This document shows positions 17,426-26,445 of a stretch of DNA of 64,000 bases, in pieces. Under the pieces are notes generated by a model. It did not search any database. It saw nothing but the letters and a program-made list of their open reading frames with translations, and had not been told where the DNA came from. Position numbers and translations under genes: made by a program. Origin of the DNA: Burkholderiales bacterium (GTDB lineage: Bacteria; Pseudomonadota; Gammaproteobacteria; Burkholderiales; JAEUOS01); NCBI GenBank assembly GCA_947473125.1, contig CANJDH010000012.1, positions 1,131-65,130 of the forward strand. The letters are read 5' to 3'. Position 1 is the stretch's first letter, and each line of letters starts with the position of its first letter.

Positions 17426-18250
17426 TTACTTGCCCGCTGTGCGAGCGCGTTCGTACAGCGGCATCACCTGCGGCAGATGTTTCTCGATTTCCTTGATGCG
17501 CGCATCGCTGGACGGGTGGGTCGACATCCATTGCGGCGGTGCGCCCTTGTTGGCGGCCTGCATTTTCTTCCACAGGCTCACGCCGGCGCGCGGGTCGTAA
17601 CCGGCGCGCGCCATCAGGTCGAGGCCGACCAGGTCGGCCTCGGTTTCGTCATCGCGTGAAAATTTGAGCGTCAGCAGGTTCGCGCCGGCGCCGAGCGCGG
17701 CGTTGCCGAGGTTGCCCAGCCCGAGCACCTGCGAGACCACGTTGGCGCCGATGTTGGTGGCGGCCTGCTTGCCCATGCGCGCCCGTGCGTGTTCGCGCAG
17801 CGCGTGCGCGATCTCGTGGCCCATCACCGCAGCGACTTCGTCATCGGTCATTTTCAGGGTGTCGAGTATGCCGGTGTAGAAGGCAATCTTGCCGCCGGGC
17901 ATGCAGAAGGCGTTGATCTGCTTGCTGCCGATCAGGTTGACTTCCCATTTCCAGGCGCTGGCACGTTCATTCCATTTGGCGGTGAAGGGCAGCATCTTCT
18001 GGGCGATGGCGCGCAGGCGCTTGACTTGAGGATTGTCGTCCGCGCCGAGCGCGCGCTGCTGCGCCGCCTGCTGCTTCATCTGCTGATACTGCTGTGCGGC
18101 ACCGCGCTCGACCTGCTCGGCCGGTACCAGCTTGGCCAGGCGCGAGGTCTTGCCGACGTCGACCCCCTCCTTGGGCGCCTCGTCCCGGCCGAGGGCGGGC
18201 GTGGCCGCAATCGCGGCAGTCAACAACAGCAGGGGAAGTAGGCGTTTCAT
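17426..18250 (-). CDS. M48-family zinc metallopeptidase (periplasmic)
   Basis: HEIAHALREH is the HExxH motif. Signal peptide MKRLLPLLLLTAAIAATPALG. The ATG is 27 codons into ORF 17426..18331. Confidence 0.85.
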   Translation of the reverse strand: MKRLLPLLLLTAAIAATPALGRDEAPKEGVDVGKTSRLAKLVPAEQVERGAAQQYQQMKQQAAQQRALGADDNPQVKRLRAIAQKMLPFTAKWNERASAWKWEVNLIGSKQINAFCMPGGKIAFYTGILDTLKMTDDEVAAVMGHEIAHALREHARARMGKQAATNIGANVVSQVLGLGNLGNAALGAGANLLTLKFSRDDETEADLVGLDLMARAGYDPRAGVSLWKKMQAANKGAPPQWMSTHPSSDARIKEIEKHLPQVMPLYERARTAGK

Positions 18251-18317
18251 GCGCGCATAGGTGGGGTAGAACGGGTGGAAATCAAGCTTAACGCAAACGC
18301 GGCGATAATCCGTCGCG

Positions 18318-19577
18318 ATGCCGTTCGCCACTTACACCGCCGTCTTCACGCAGCGCCGCGTGGCCTTCATGCTGCTGCTGGGATTTTCATCGGGATTGCC
18401 GCTGGCGCTGACCACCGGCACGCTGCAGGCCTGGGCCACGGTAGACGGGCTCGACATCAAGACCATCGGCTTTCTCACCCTGGTGGGCAGCGCCTACACG
18501 CTCAAGTTCCTGTGGGCGCCCTTCATGGACCGCTTCGTGCCGCCGTTACTCGGGCGCCGGCGCGGCTGGATGCTCCTGACGCAACTGCTACTCGCGATCG
18601 GCATCGCAATGATGGGGACGCAGTCGCCGAAAAATGCGATTTTCGCGCTGGCCATGATTGCAGTCGTGGTCGCGTTTTGCTCGGCTTCACAGGACATTGC
18701 GTTCGACGCCTACCGCACCGACGTGCTGCGCAAAGAGGAGCGCGGTGCCGGCGCCGCCGTGTCGGTGCTCGGCTACCGGCTGGCGATGCTGGTATCGGGC
18801 GGGCTGGCGCTGGTGCTCGCCGACAGCTTCCTGGGCTGGCAGGCAACTTACGTCCTCATGGGTGCGTTGATGGGCATCGGCGTCATCGCCACCTGGTTCG
18901 CGCCGGAGCCCGAGGTGCTGGTGCAGCCGCCGCGCACGCTCGACGAGGCCGTGATCGGGCCGCTCAAGGATTTCTTCTCGCGCGATGGCGCGATCCTGGT
19001 GCTGGTGTTGATCGTGCTCTACAAGCTGGGGGATGCCTTTGCCGGCAGCCTGACAACCGCGTTCCTGATTCGCGGCGTCGGCTTCTCGGCCACTGAAGTG
19101 GGCGCGATCAACAAGATCCTCGGTCTGGTCGCCACAATCGTCGGCGCGCTCGCCGGCGGTGCGCTGATGACCCGGCTCTCTCTCTATGGCGCGCTGATGC
19201 TGTTTGGCCTGCTGCAGGCTGTCACCAACCTGGGGTTCTGGTTCCTGGCCGTCACGCCCAAGGCTTACTGGACCATGGCCAGTGTCGTGGGGCTGGAGAA
19301 TTTGTGCGGCGGCATGGGGACTGCCGCGTTTGTCGCCTTCCTGATGACGCTGTGCCGGGTACGCTACTCGGCCACGCAGTTCGCCCTGCTCTCGGCCCTT
19401 GCCGCGGTGGGCCGCACCTATTTGGCCGGGCCGCTGTCGGGCACGATGGTCGAATCGTTCGGCTGGGGCAATTTCTTCATCGTCACCGTGTTCATCGCAC
19501 TGCCAGGGCTGGTGCTGTTGTGGTGGCAGCGTGCCGGCATCGAGGCGCTCTCGGCTGAAGTCGACGCGGCCCACTAG
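18318..19577 (+). CDS. ampG: AmpG-family muropeptide MFS permease
   Basis: LLLGFSSGLPLALTTGTLQAWATVDG and FLWAPFMDRF are AmpG signature blocks. 12-14 TM helices. Confidence 0.85.
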   Translation: MPFATYTAVFTQRRVAFMLLLGFSSGLPLALTTGTLQAWATVDGLDIKTIGFLTLVGSAYTLKFLWAPFMDRFVPPLLGRRRGWMLLTQLLLAIGIAMMGTQSPKNAIFALAMIAVVVAFCSASQDIAFDAYRTDVLRKEERGAGAAVSVLGYRLAMLVSGGLALVLADSFLGWQATYVLMGALMGIGVIATWFAPEPEVLVQPPRTLDEAVIGPLKDFFSRDGAILVLVLIVLYKLGDAFAGSLTTAFLIRGVGFSATEVGAINKILGLVATIVGALAGGALMTRLSLYGALMLFGLLQAVTNLGFWFLAVTPKAYWTMASVVGLENLCGGMGTAAFVAFLMTLCRVRYSATQFALLSALAAVGRTYLAGPLSGTMVESFGWGNFFIVTVFIALPGLVLLWWQRAGIEALSAEVDAAH

Positions 19578-19678
19578 GCTGCAACAACCATCAGGGCTGC
19601 CGGCCGCTCAGGTCCATTCCATCGGCTTTTCCGGGCGCATCCGCCCGCAACCCGCTCCCACCAACGGTTTTGAAGCAT

Positions 19679-22600
19679 TTACAAATTCGGGGCGAGCCAA
19701 CGTTCCAGTTCGGCTTTGTCCATGCCACGCCGCTTCACTTGATCCTCGAGCTGATCCGCGCCGATCTTGCCGACATTGAAATAAGTCGAATCCGGATGCG
19801 ACAAATAAAAGCCGCTCACTGACGCCGCCGGCATCATCGCCAGACTATCGGTCAGGGTCATGTCGATCTCGGCACAATTGAGCGCCGCGAACAGCGGGCC
19901 CTTGACGGTATGGTCCGGGCACGCCGGATAGCCCGGTGCGGGCCGGATGCCGCGATACTTCTCGGCAATCAGATCGTGATTCTCCAGATGCTCGTCCGGT
20001 GCATAGCCCCAAAGCTCGCGGCGCACGCGCCGGTGCAGTGCTTCGGCAAAGGCTTCGGCGAGGCGGTCGGCCAGGGCTTTGAGCGTGATCGAGTGATAGT
20101 CGTCGTGTGCCGTTTCAAAGCGCCTCAGGTGCGGTTCGATGTTGAGGCCGGCGGTGACGGCAAACATGCCGATGTAGTCGGCCACGCCGCTGGCCCTGGG
20201 GGCGATGAAGTCGGCGAGGCAGCGGTTTGGCGTGTTCGAGGGCTTTTTGGTTTGCTGGCGCAGGCCATGCCAGGTCAACGCCACCCTGGCGCGAGTGTCG
20301 TCGGTGTAGATTTCGATGTCGTCGTCGTGCACGCTGTTTGCCGGCAGCAGCGCCACCACGCCGTGCGCGGTGAGCCAACGCCCGTCGATCAGCTTCTTGA
20401 GCAGTGCCTGGCCGTCGCTTTGTACGTGACGCGCCGCCTCGCCGACGACCTCGTCCTGCAGCAATGCGGGGAACGAACCGGCCAGATCCCAGACCTGGAA
20501 GAACGGCCCCCAGTCGATGTAATCGGCGAGCTCGGCGAGGTCATGGTTTTTGAGCAGCTTGCGGCCGATGAACTTCGGGCGCGGCGGCGTGTACACGCTC
20601 CAGTCGATCTGCGCCTTGTTGGCGCGCGCCGCGGCGAGCGGGATAAGCTCTGGTCCCTTCTTGCCGGCATGCTGCGCGCGGACGCGTTCATATTCGGCCG
20701 CCAGCCCGGCAACATAGTCGTCACGCTGCGAATCCGACACCAGGTTCGACGCCACGCCGACGGCGCGCGAGGCATCGGGCACGTAAATCACCGGCTGCGC
20801 GTAGTGCGGCGCAATCTTCACGGCGGTATGCACGCGCGAGGTCGTGGCGCCGCCGATAAGCAGCGGCACGGTGAAACCCTGGCGCTCCATCTCCTTGGCG
20901 ACATGCGCCATCTCTTCGAGCGACGGCGTGATCAGGCCGGAGAGGCCGATCATGTCGGCATCGACTTCGCGTGCGGTATCGAGAATCTTTTGCGCCGACA
21001 CCATAACCCCAAGATCGATCACTTCAAAGTTGTTGCAGCCGAGTACCACGCCGACGATATTCTTGCCGATGTCGTGCACATCGCCCTTGACGGTGGCCAT
21101 CACGATGCGGCCCTTGGCTTTGGCGCCACCTTCGGACTTTTCGGCTTCGATGAACGGAATCAGGTGCGCTACCGCCTGCTTCATCACGCGCGCGCTCTTG
21201 ACCACTTGCGGCAGGAACATTTTGCCGGCGCCGAACAGGTCGCCGACGATGTTCATGCCGTCCATCAGCGGCCCTTCGATCACATGGATCGGGCGGCCGC
21301 CGGAGGCGAGCACCTCCTGGCGCGCTTCTTCGGTGTCGGCGACGATGAAGTCGGTAATGCCGCGCACCATCGCATGCGCCAGGCGCTTGGCCGCAGGCTC
21401 GGCGCGCCAGGCCAGGTCTTCCACCTTGGCCTTGCCGGCCGACTTGTAGTTCTCGGCAAACTTGACCAGTGCCTCGGTAGCCTGGCCGTTGTCGTTGTTG
21501 CGGTTCAACACCACATCCTCGACCTTGTCGCGCAATTCGCGCGGGATGTCGTCGTACACGCCCAGCTGCCCGGCATTGACGATGCCCATGCTCATGCCGG
21601 CCTGGATCGCGTGGTACAGGAACACGGTATGGATCGCCTCGCGCACTGGTTCGTTGCCGCGGAACGAGAAGCTCACGTTCGAGACGCCGCCGCTGACCTT
21701 GGCGTAGGGCAGGTTGGCGCGGATCCAGCGCGTCGCCTCGATGAAATCGACCGCGTAGTTGTTGTGCTCTTCGATGCCGGTGGCGATCGCAAAAATGTTC
21801 GGGTCGAACACGATGTCGGCCGCATCGAACCCGACCTCACTGACCAAAATGTCGTAGGCGCGCTTGCAGATTTCAGTCTTGCGCGCGTAGGTATCGGCCT
21901 GGCCCTTTTCGTCAAACGCCATCACGATCACCGCGGCGCCGTAGCGCAGGCACAGCCGCGCCTGGCGGCGGAACTCGGCTTCGCCTTCCTTCATCGAAAT
22001 CGAATTGACGATCGCCTTGCCCTGCACGCATTTCAAACCCGCTTCGATCACGCTCCACTTCGAGCTGTCGAGCATGATCGGCACGCGCGCGATGTCGGGC
22101 TCGCCTGCGATCAGGTTCAAAAATTTCACCATGGCCGCCTGCGAGTCAAGCATCGCTTCGTCCATGTTGATGTCGATCACCTGGGCGCCGTTTTCGACCT
22201 GCTGGCGCGCCACGGCAAGGGCATCGTTGTACTGGCCGTTCAGGATCATGCGCGAGAACGCCTTCGAACCGGTGACGTTGGTACGCTCGCCGACGTTGAC
22301 AAACAGCGAGGACCCGTCGATGGTTACCGCTTCAAGCCCCGACAAGTGCATCGCCCGGGGCACATCGGGAATGCGCCGCGGCGGCTTGCCCGCGACGCCG
22401 TGCGCGACCGCATGGATATGTTCCGGCGTGGTGCCGCAGCAGCCGCCAACGATGTTGGTGAAACCGGCCAGCGCGAATTCGGTCAGCGCACAGCAGGTCG
22501 TCTCCGGGGTTTCGTCGAAGCCGGTCTCGCTCATCGGGTTGGGCAGGCCGGCGTTCGGATACACGCAGATATAGGTGTCGCAAATGCCGGAGAGCTCGTC

Positions 22601-23419
22601 GATGTACTGGCGCATCATCGATGCCCCGAGCGCGCAGTTAAGGCCGATGGTGAGCGGCTTGGCATGGCGCACACTGTTCCAGAACGCTTCAACCGTCTGC
22701 CCGGAGAGGATGCGCCCCGACGCATCGGTCACGGTGCCCGAGATCATCAGCGGCGGGCGTTGCGCCTGGGTCAGCCCGCGCTGCTCGCAAACAGCGTCGA
22801 TCGCAAACAGCGCCGCCTTGGCATTGAGGGTATCGAAAATCGTCTCGACCAGCAGCAGGTCGGCGCCGCCGTCGAGCAGGCCGTTGATGCTCTCGGCGTA
22901 GGCGTCGGCCAACTGGTCGAAGGTGACGTTGCGCGCGCCAGGGTCGTTGACGTCCGGCGAAATCGATGCGGTCTTGGGCGTGGGGCCGAGTGCGCCGGCG
23001 ACAAAACGCGGCCGGTCCGGCGTGGAGAACTTGACGCACGCCGCCCGGGCCAGCTGGGCGCCGGCCCTGGAAAGCTCGTAACCGAGGTCATCGAGCCGAT
23101 AGTCGGCCTGGGCGATGCGCAACGATCCAAACGTATTGGTGGACACGATGTCGGCATCGGCCGCAAGGTAGGCCTCGTGAATCGCGCTGATAATGTGCGG
23201 CTGGGTCAGCGTGAGCAGCTCGTTGTTGCCCTTGAGGTCGTGGCCGTGGTCCTTGAAGCGCTCCCACGTGCCTTCGGCCCCGCCCTGCCCGCGATACTGC
23301 TCTTCGGAGAGCTTGTGGCGCTGGATCATGGTACCCATCGCGCCATCCAATACCAGGATGCGCTGCGACAGCAGCATGGTCATTTGCTCGAAGAGTGAGG
23401 GGCGTACCGCCATATCCAT
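19679..23419 (-). CDS. metH: Cobalamin-dependent methionine synthase
   Basis: 1246 aa. Contains the Hcy-binding [11 protein letters not shown], a pterin-binding domain, the B12-binding DxHxxG motif ([11 protein letters not shown]) and a C-terminal AdoMet activation domain. Confidence 0.95.
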   Translation of the reverse strand: MDMAVRPSLFEQMTMLLSQRILVLDGAMGTMIQRHKLSEEQYRGQGGAEGTWERFKDHGHDLKGNNELLTLTQPHIISAIHEAYLAADADIVSTNTFGSLRIAQADYRLDDLGYELSRAGAQLARAACVKFSTPDRPRFVAGALGPTPKTASISPDVNDPGARNVTFDQLADAYAESINGLLDGGADLLLVETIFDTLNAKAALFAIDAVCEQRGLTQAQRPPLMISGTVTDASGRILSGQTVEAFWNSVRHAKPLTIGLNCALGASMMRQYIDELSGICDTYICVYPNAGLPNPMSETGFDETPETTCCALTEFALAGFTNIVGGCCGTTPEHIHAVAHGVAGKPPRRIPDVPRAMHLSGLEAVTIDGSSLFVNVGERTNVTGSKAFSRMILNGQYNDALAVARQQVENGAQVIDINMDEAMLDSQAAMVKFLNLIAGEPDIARVPIMLDSSKWSVIEAGLKCVQGKAIVNSISMKEGEAEFRRQARLCLRYGAAVIVMAFDEKGQADTYARKTEICKRAYDILVSEVGFDAADIVFDPNIFAIATGIEEHNNYAVDFIEATRWIRANLPYAKVSGGVSNVSFSFRGNEPVREAIHTVFLYHAIQAGMSMGIVNAGQLGVYDDIPRELRDKVEDVVLNRNNDNGQATEALVKFAENYKSAGKAKVEDLAWRAEPAAKRLAHAMVRGITDFIVADTEEARQEVLASGGRPIHVIEGPLMDGMNIVGDLFGAGKMFLPQVVKSARVMKQAVAHLIPFIEAEKSEGGAKAKGRIVMATVKGDVHDIGKNIVGVVLGCNNFEVIDLGVMVSAQKILDTAREVDADMIGLSGLITPSLEEMAHVAKEMERQGFTVPLLIGGATTSRVHTAVKIAPHYAQPVIYVPDASRAVGVASNLVSDSQRDDYVAGLAAEYERVRAQHAGKKGPELIPLAAARANKAQIDWSVYTPPRPKFIGRKLLKNHDLAELADYIDWGPFFQVWDLAGSFPALLQDEVVGEAARHVQSDGQALLKKLIDGRWLTAHGVVALLPANSVHDDDIEIYTDDTRARVALTWHGLRQQTKKPSNTPNRCLADFIAPRASGVADYIGMFAVTAGLNIEPHLRRFETAHDDYHSITLKALADRLAEAFAEALHRRVRRELWGYAPDEHLENHDLIAEKYRGIRPAPGYPACPDHTVKGPLFAALNCAEIDMTLTDSLAMMPAASVSGFYLSHPDSTYFNVGKIGADQLEDQVKRRGMDKAELERWLAPNL

Positions 23420-23430
23420 TCCCGCCAGCC

Positions 23431-23468
23431 AAAATAAAACCCGCGTCAGCTTATAGCTTGAGGCGGGT
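23431..23468 (-). terminator. Stem-loop plus U-tract (ACCCGC-N18-GCGGGT then TTTTATTTT on the minus strand), ending 11 nt before the metH ATG
   Basis: Read directly. It is either the terminator of the upstream TVP38/DedA gene, a metH leader attenuator, or both. Confidence 0.6.
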
Positions 23469-23583
23469 CTGCGGTACTTCCTGCGGGACGCGCTTTAGCT
23501 ACATTTATTGGAGCCCGAGGTGGAACAAAACGCCAGTGGGGTCCGCGCCTGCAAGCTGATCGTCAAATCGGCGCTATGGCCGG

Positions 23584-23614
23584 ATTATAGCGTCATCGCC
23601 GCGCTATTTGTCGC
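23584..23614 (-). promoter_or_regulatory. Candidate sigma-70 promoter for the metH leader (-10 TATAAT at 23589-23584; weak -35 GCGACA)
   Basis: A perfect TATAAT on the minus strand about 165 nt upstream of the metH ATG. The -35 is poor and its spacing is long. Confidence 0.25.
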
Positions 23615-24284
23615 GCCGCAGCATGAAGCGGGCAAGGGTGCGCACCAGTAGTGGGAGCGTGCCGAGCAGCGCCAGCGCCAACACCATTTCCATCGACAGC
23701 ACGTCGTCGAGGCTCGACATCTTCGCGAGCATGGTGCCGGCGTTGACCCAGACAAAGGCATTCGCCAGCATGCCCAGAAAGCTTGCCAGCACGAAGGTGC
23801 GCACCGGCATGTCGGTCAGGCCCATCACCGGGTTGACCACGAAGAATGGAAACACGATCACCAGGCGCATCATGAACAGGTAGAAGGCGCCGTCGCGCGC
23901 GATGCCGCGATCGATGATCGCAAACACCGGTGCGAAGCGCGCGTGCACCCAATCATGCAGCAGGTGGCGCGCGATCAGGAAGGCGCAGGTGCCGCCGAGG
24001 GTCGCGGCCAGCGTTGCCAGCACCAGCCCGAGCGGCAGGCCGAATACCATGCCGCCCGCCAGCGTCATCGTGCTTGCCGCGCCGGGCACCGACAGCGCCG
24101 CGCACAGGATGAACACGCCGAGATACGCTGCCACCGCCAATGCCATGTTGGCTTGGCAAAAACCGATCAGGCCATCGCGATTGCTTTTGAGCCATGTGAG
24201 AGTCAGCCACTCCTGGGTCAACCAGAACGTGGCGAATGCGACCGCAAGCAGGGCTCCGAACAGAATTAACGAGCGTCGTGGCAT
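23604..24284 (-). CDS. TVP38/TMEM64 (DedA-related) family inner-membrane protein
   Basis: 226 aa and multi-TM. The LSVPGAASTMTLAGGMVFG and RLVIVFPFFVVNPVMGLT blocks are typical of the family. Confidence 0.8.
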   Translation of the reverse strand: MPRRSLILFGALLAVAFATFWLTQEWLTLTWLKSNRDGLIGFCQANMALAVAAYLGVFILCAALSVPGAASTMTLAGGMVFGLPLGLVLATLAATLGGTCAFLIARHLLHDWVHARFAPVFAIIDRGIARDGAFYLFMMRLVIVFPFFVVNPVMGLTDMPVRTFVLASFLGMLANAFVWVNAGTMLAKMSSLDDVLSMEMVLALALLGTLPLLVRTLARFMLRRDK

Positions 24285-24384
24285 GACGAAAGTCGATGTA
24301 CAAGCGTCAACATGCCGGTGACAACGGCCTTGAAACCGTTGGTGGGAGCGGGTTTTAGGCCAATGATCACCCGAGAATCAACAC

Positions 24385-25875
24385 TCACGCCCGCTTCAGC
24401 TCAGCGGCCACGGCGGTGAACTGTGCCAATGCCGCCGCCAGATCGTCCGCAATTTCCTGCGCCAGTACATCCGGCTCGGGCAGGTTGTCCGAGTCTTCAA
24501 GCGTCTTGTCTTTGAGCCAGAAGATGTCGAGATTGACCTTGTCGCGCTTGATGATCTCTTCGTATTTGTAAGCACGCCAGCGGCCTTCGGGTTTCGCCTC
24601 CGACCACGACGCCTTGCGCTCATGCCGGTTGCTGGCGTTGTAGCGCAACACAAAATCATCCAGGTCGGCGCGCTTGAGCGGGTTGGTCTTGAGCGTGAAA
24701 TGCAGGTTGGTGCGCAGGTCATAGACCCACAGCCGCTTGGTATGCGCCGCCTCTTGTGGAGGACGGGCATCGAAAAACAGCACGTTGGCCTTGACGCCCT
24801 GTGCATAGAAAATCCCGGTGGGCAACCGCAGCAGCGTGTGCACGTCGAAACCATGCAGCAACTTGCGGCGGATCGTCTCGCCGGCACCACCCTCGAACAA
24901 CACGTTGTCCGGCACCACCACCGCTGCTCGGCCGTTGACCTTAAGCAAGGTCTTGATGTGCTGCATGAAATTGAGCTGCTTGTTCTTGGTGGTGGTCCAG
25001 AAATCGGTGCGCTCGTAGGCGTGGTCTTCTTTTTCCAGATCACCTTCTTCATTGACGATCGAAAAACTGCTTTTCTTTCCGAACGGCGGATTGGTCAGCA
25101 CCACCGAAAAGCGTTCGCTCGGCTCGTTGGCCAGGCTGTCGATACCGGAGTGGATCGGGCACGGATCGGCGTTGATGCCGTGCAGATACAGATTCATGAT
25201 CGCCAGCCGCGCGGTCGCCGGCACCAGTTCCCACCCATGGGCGAATGCGGTGCGCAAATGCCTCTTCTGCGCTGGGTCAAGCGAGGCGCCATGCACGCGC
25301 GATACCGCCTCGTGCGCCGCCAGCAAAAAACCCGCCGTGCCGCAAGCCGGATCACACACGGTGTCGTCGGGTGAGAGATTCATCACCTCGACAATCGCCT
25401 TGATCAATTCGCGCGGCGTGAAATATTGCCCCGCTCCCTTGGGCGATTCGGCCGCACTCTTCGAGAGCAGACCTTCGTAGATATCGCCCTTTACGTCCGC
25501 TTCGAGCGACAGCCACTGTTCCGGCTCGATGAGGTCAACAATCAGGCGCTTCAACGTGGCGGGGTTCTGAATGTCCGGCCGCGCTTTCTTGAACACCTCG
25601 CCCAACATGCCCGGCTTACGCGAAAGATCGTCTAGTACCTTGCGGTAATGCGCTTCAAGCGCCTCGCCTTCTTTCGCCAGCAACGAAGACCAGTCCAGGC
25701 CCTTGGGCACCAGGGCCAGCTTGTTGTGCGGCGGTCGGGTCTGCTCGTCGGCCATCTTAAGAAACAGCAGAAAGGTGATCTGCTCGGTGTAGGCCATGTA
25801 CGAGAGCCCGTCGTCGCGCAACACATGTGCGAAGCTCCAGGCCTTGTTGACGATTTGCTGCGAGGCGTTGCTCAT
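24385..25875 (-). CDS. hsdM: Type I restriction-modification system, N6-adenine DNA methyltransferase subunit
   Basis: HsdM N-terminal domain (YTEQITFLLFLKMADEQ), SAM motif I DPACGTAGFLLAA and catalytic motif IV NPPFGKK. Confidence 0.95.
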   Translation of the reverse strand: MSNASQQIVNKAWSFAHVLRDDGLSYMAYTEQITFLLFLKMADEQTRPPHNKLALVPKGLDWSSLLAKEGEALEAHYRKVLDDLSRKPGMLGEVFKKARPDIQNPATLKRLIVDLIEPEQWLSLEADVKGDIYEGLLSKSAAESPKGAGQYFTPRELIKAIVEVMNLSPDDTVCDPACGTAGFLLAAHEAVSRVHGASLDPAQKRHLRTAFAHGWELVPATARLAIMNLYLHGINADPCPIHSGIDSLANEPSERFSVVLTNPPFGKKSSFSIVNEEGDLEKEDHAYERTDFWTTTKNKQLNFMQHIKTLLKVNGRAAVVVPDNVLFEGGAGETIRRKLLHGFDVHTLLRLPTGIFYAQGVKANVLFFDARPPQEAAHTKRLWVYDLRTNLHFTLKTNPLKRADLDDFVLRYNASNRHERKASWSEAKPEGRWRAYKYEEIIKRDKVNLDIFWLKDKTLEDSDNLPEPDVLAQEIADDLAAALAQFTAVAAELKRA

Positions 25876-25962
25876 GGCATTTTTGGTTTGAAATTCGCTC
25901 TATTTGTCAACGCCGGGCTGACATTTTTGCTTTTTGATAAACCGCGCCGAGATGAATTCGGG

Positions 25963-26042
25963 CTTATGTGTGGAGTATCGCCTGCCTTATGTAAGGAGTC
26001 TCGCACGTTATGTAAGGAGTTCCCGGTGCTTATGTAAGGAGT
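25963..26042. repeat. Four tandem direct repeats, 14-nt core (C/G)TTATGT(A/G)(A/T)GGAGT with 21-23 bp period
   Basis: Cores at 25963-25976, 25986-25999, 26007-26020 and 26029-26042. Positions were calibrated against the hsdM ATG (25875) and the ORF-Y stop (26062). Confidence 0.9.
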
Positions 26043-26061
26043 CCGCCCCCCGCTTTTGCTC

Positions 26062-26433
26062 CTATGGCTGATAACTCCAGCCACGGGCGAGTGCCTTGGC
26101 CTTGAGTTGCGCAGCTTTTGCTTTAGCCTGATTGCCTGATAACGCCGCAAAATCAACGTAACCGTGCTGGGGAAACGGGACGCCGTCAATTTCCCACCTC
26201 AGAGCCACAGCCTCCACCTCAGCCGTAGATACTGACACCACGCCTACCGAGTTGAGCTTTTGAACCGTGGTGTAGTGCGCGAAGCTGTCGGCGGCATCCA
26301 TCTGCTTTCCGTCGTAGATGGAGAGCTTGTTGTCGTCCTTCGGAGTGGGCTTAAATGTCTGACTGGAAAATTCACCGTGCTGAACCCAACCTGGGTTTAC
26401 CTGGCGATGGAGCAAATGTTCTTCGTCGGCCAT
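26062..26433 (-). CDS. Hypothetical protein, 123 aa (ORF-Y), no family recognised
   Basis: Clean ORF co-directional with the R-M genes, starting 12 nt after the ORF-X stop. Soluble, with a Lys/Ala-rich C-terminal helix. Confidence 0.7.
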   Translation of the reverse strand: MADEEHLLHRQVNPGWVQHGEFSSQTFKPTPKDDNKLSIYDGKQMDAADSFAHYTTVQKLNSVGVVSVSTAEVEAVALRWEIDGVPFPQHGYVDFAALSGNQAKAKAAQLKAKALARGWSYQP

Positions 26434-26445
26434 CGGTGCGGCTTG

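Noticed and set aside
19910-23398. 1162-aa ORF on the plus strand, antisense to metH. Similar long antisense ORFs occur at 4158-6104 (opposite RND), 29971-32106 (opposite hsdR), 33425-35170 (opposite the UxaA dehydratase), 39089-40264 and 48239-49762.
   Set aside because: Their translations are Arg/Ala/Gly/His-rich low-information sequence typical of stop-codon-poor antisense frames in high-GC DNA. In each case the opposite strand encodes a protein with clear family motifs.
23420-23603. Cobalamin riboswitch upstream of metH; the GCGCGGACCCCACTGG segment resembles the CCCGCCACTG core element.
   Set aside because: I found no B12 box (AGYCMGGAGACCKGCC-like), no GGGAA or GGTG..AATCC elements, and the leader is too short (~160 nt). 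B12 riboswitches normally control metE rather than metH. It is kept only as an unclassified leader in the findings.
25963-26042. The four tandem repeats considered as a mini CRISPR array or as DnaA boxes; the first copy, TTATGTGTG, loosely resembles TTATNCACA.
   Set aside because: A 14-nt core with 7-9 nt spacers is far below CRISPR repeat/spacer sizes, and no cas genes are present. Only one degenerate copy resembles a DnaA box, and the conserved part (TAAGGAGT) does not.
25872-26189. 105-aa basic ORF on the minus strand that reads through the repeat array. Its TGA overlaps the hsdM ATG (ATGA), which suggests translational coupling.
   Set aside because: Its only ATG lies inside ORF-Y in another frame, the repeat units fall in different reading frames because the period is 21-23 nt, and the sequence is low-complexity. 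It is probably spurious, but ribosome profiling could revisit a short upstream ORF ending at the hsdM start.
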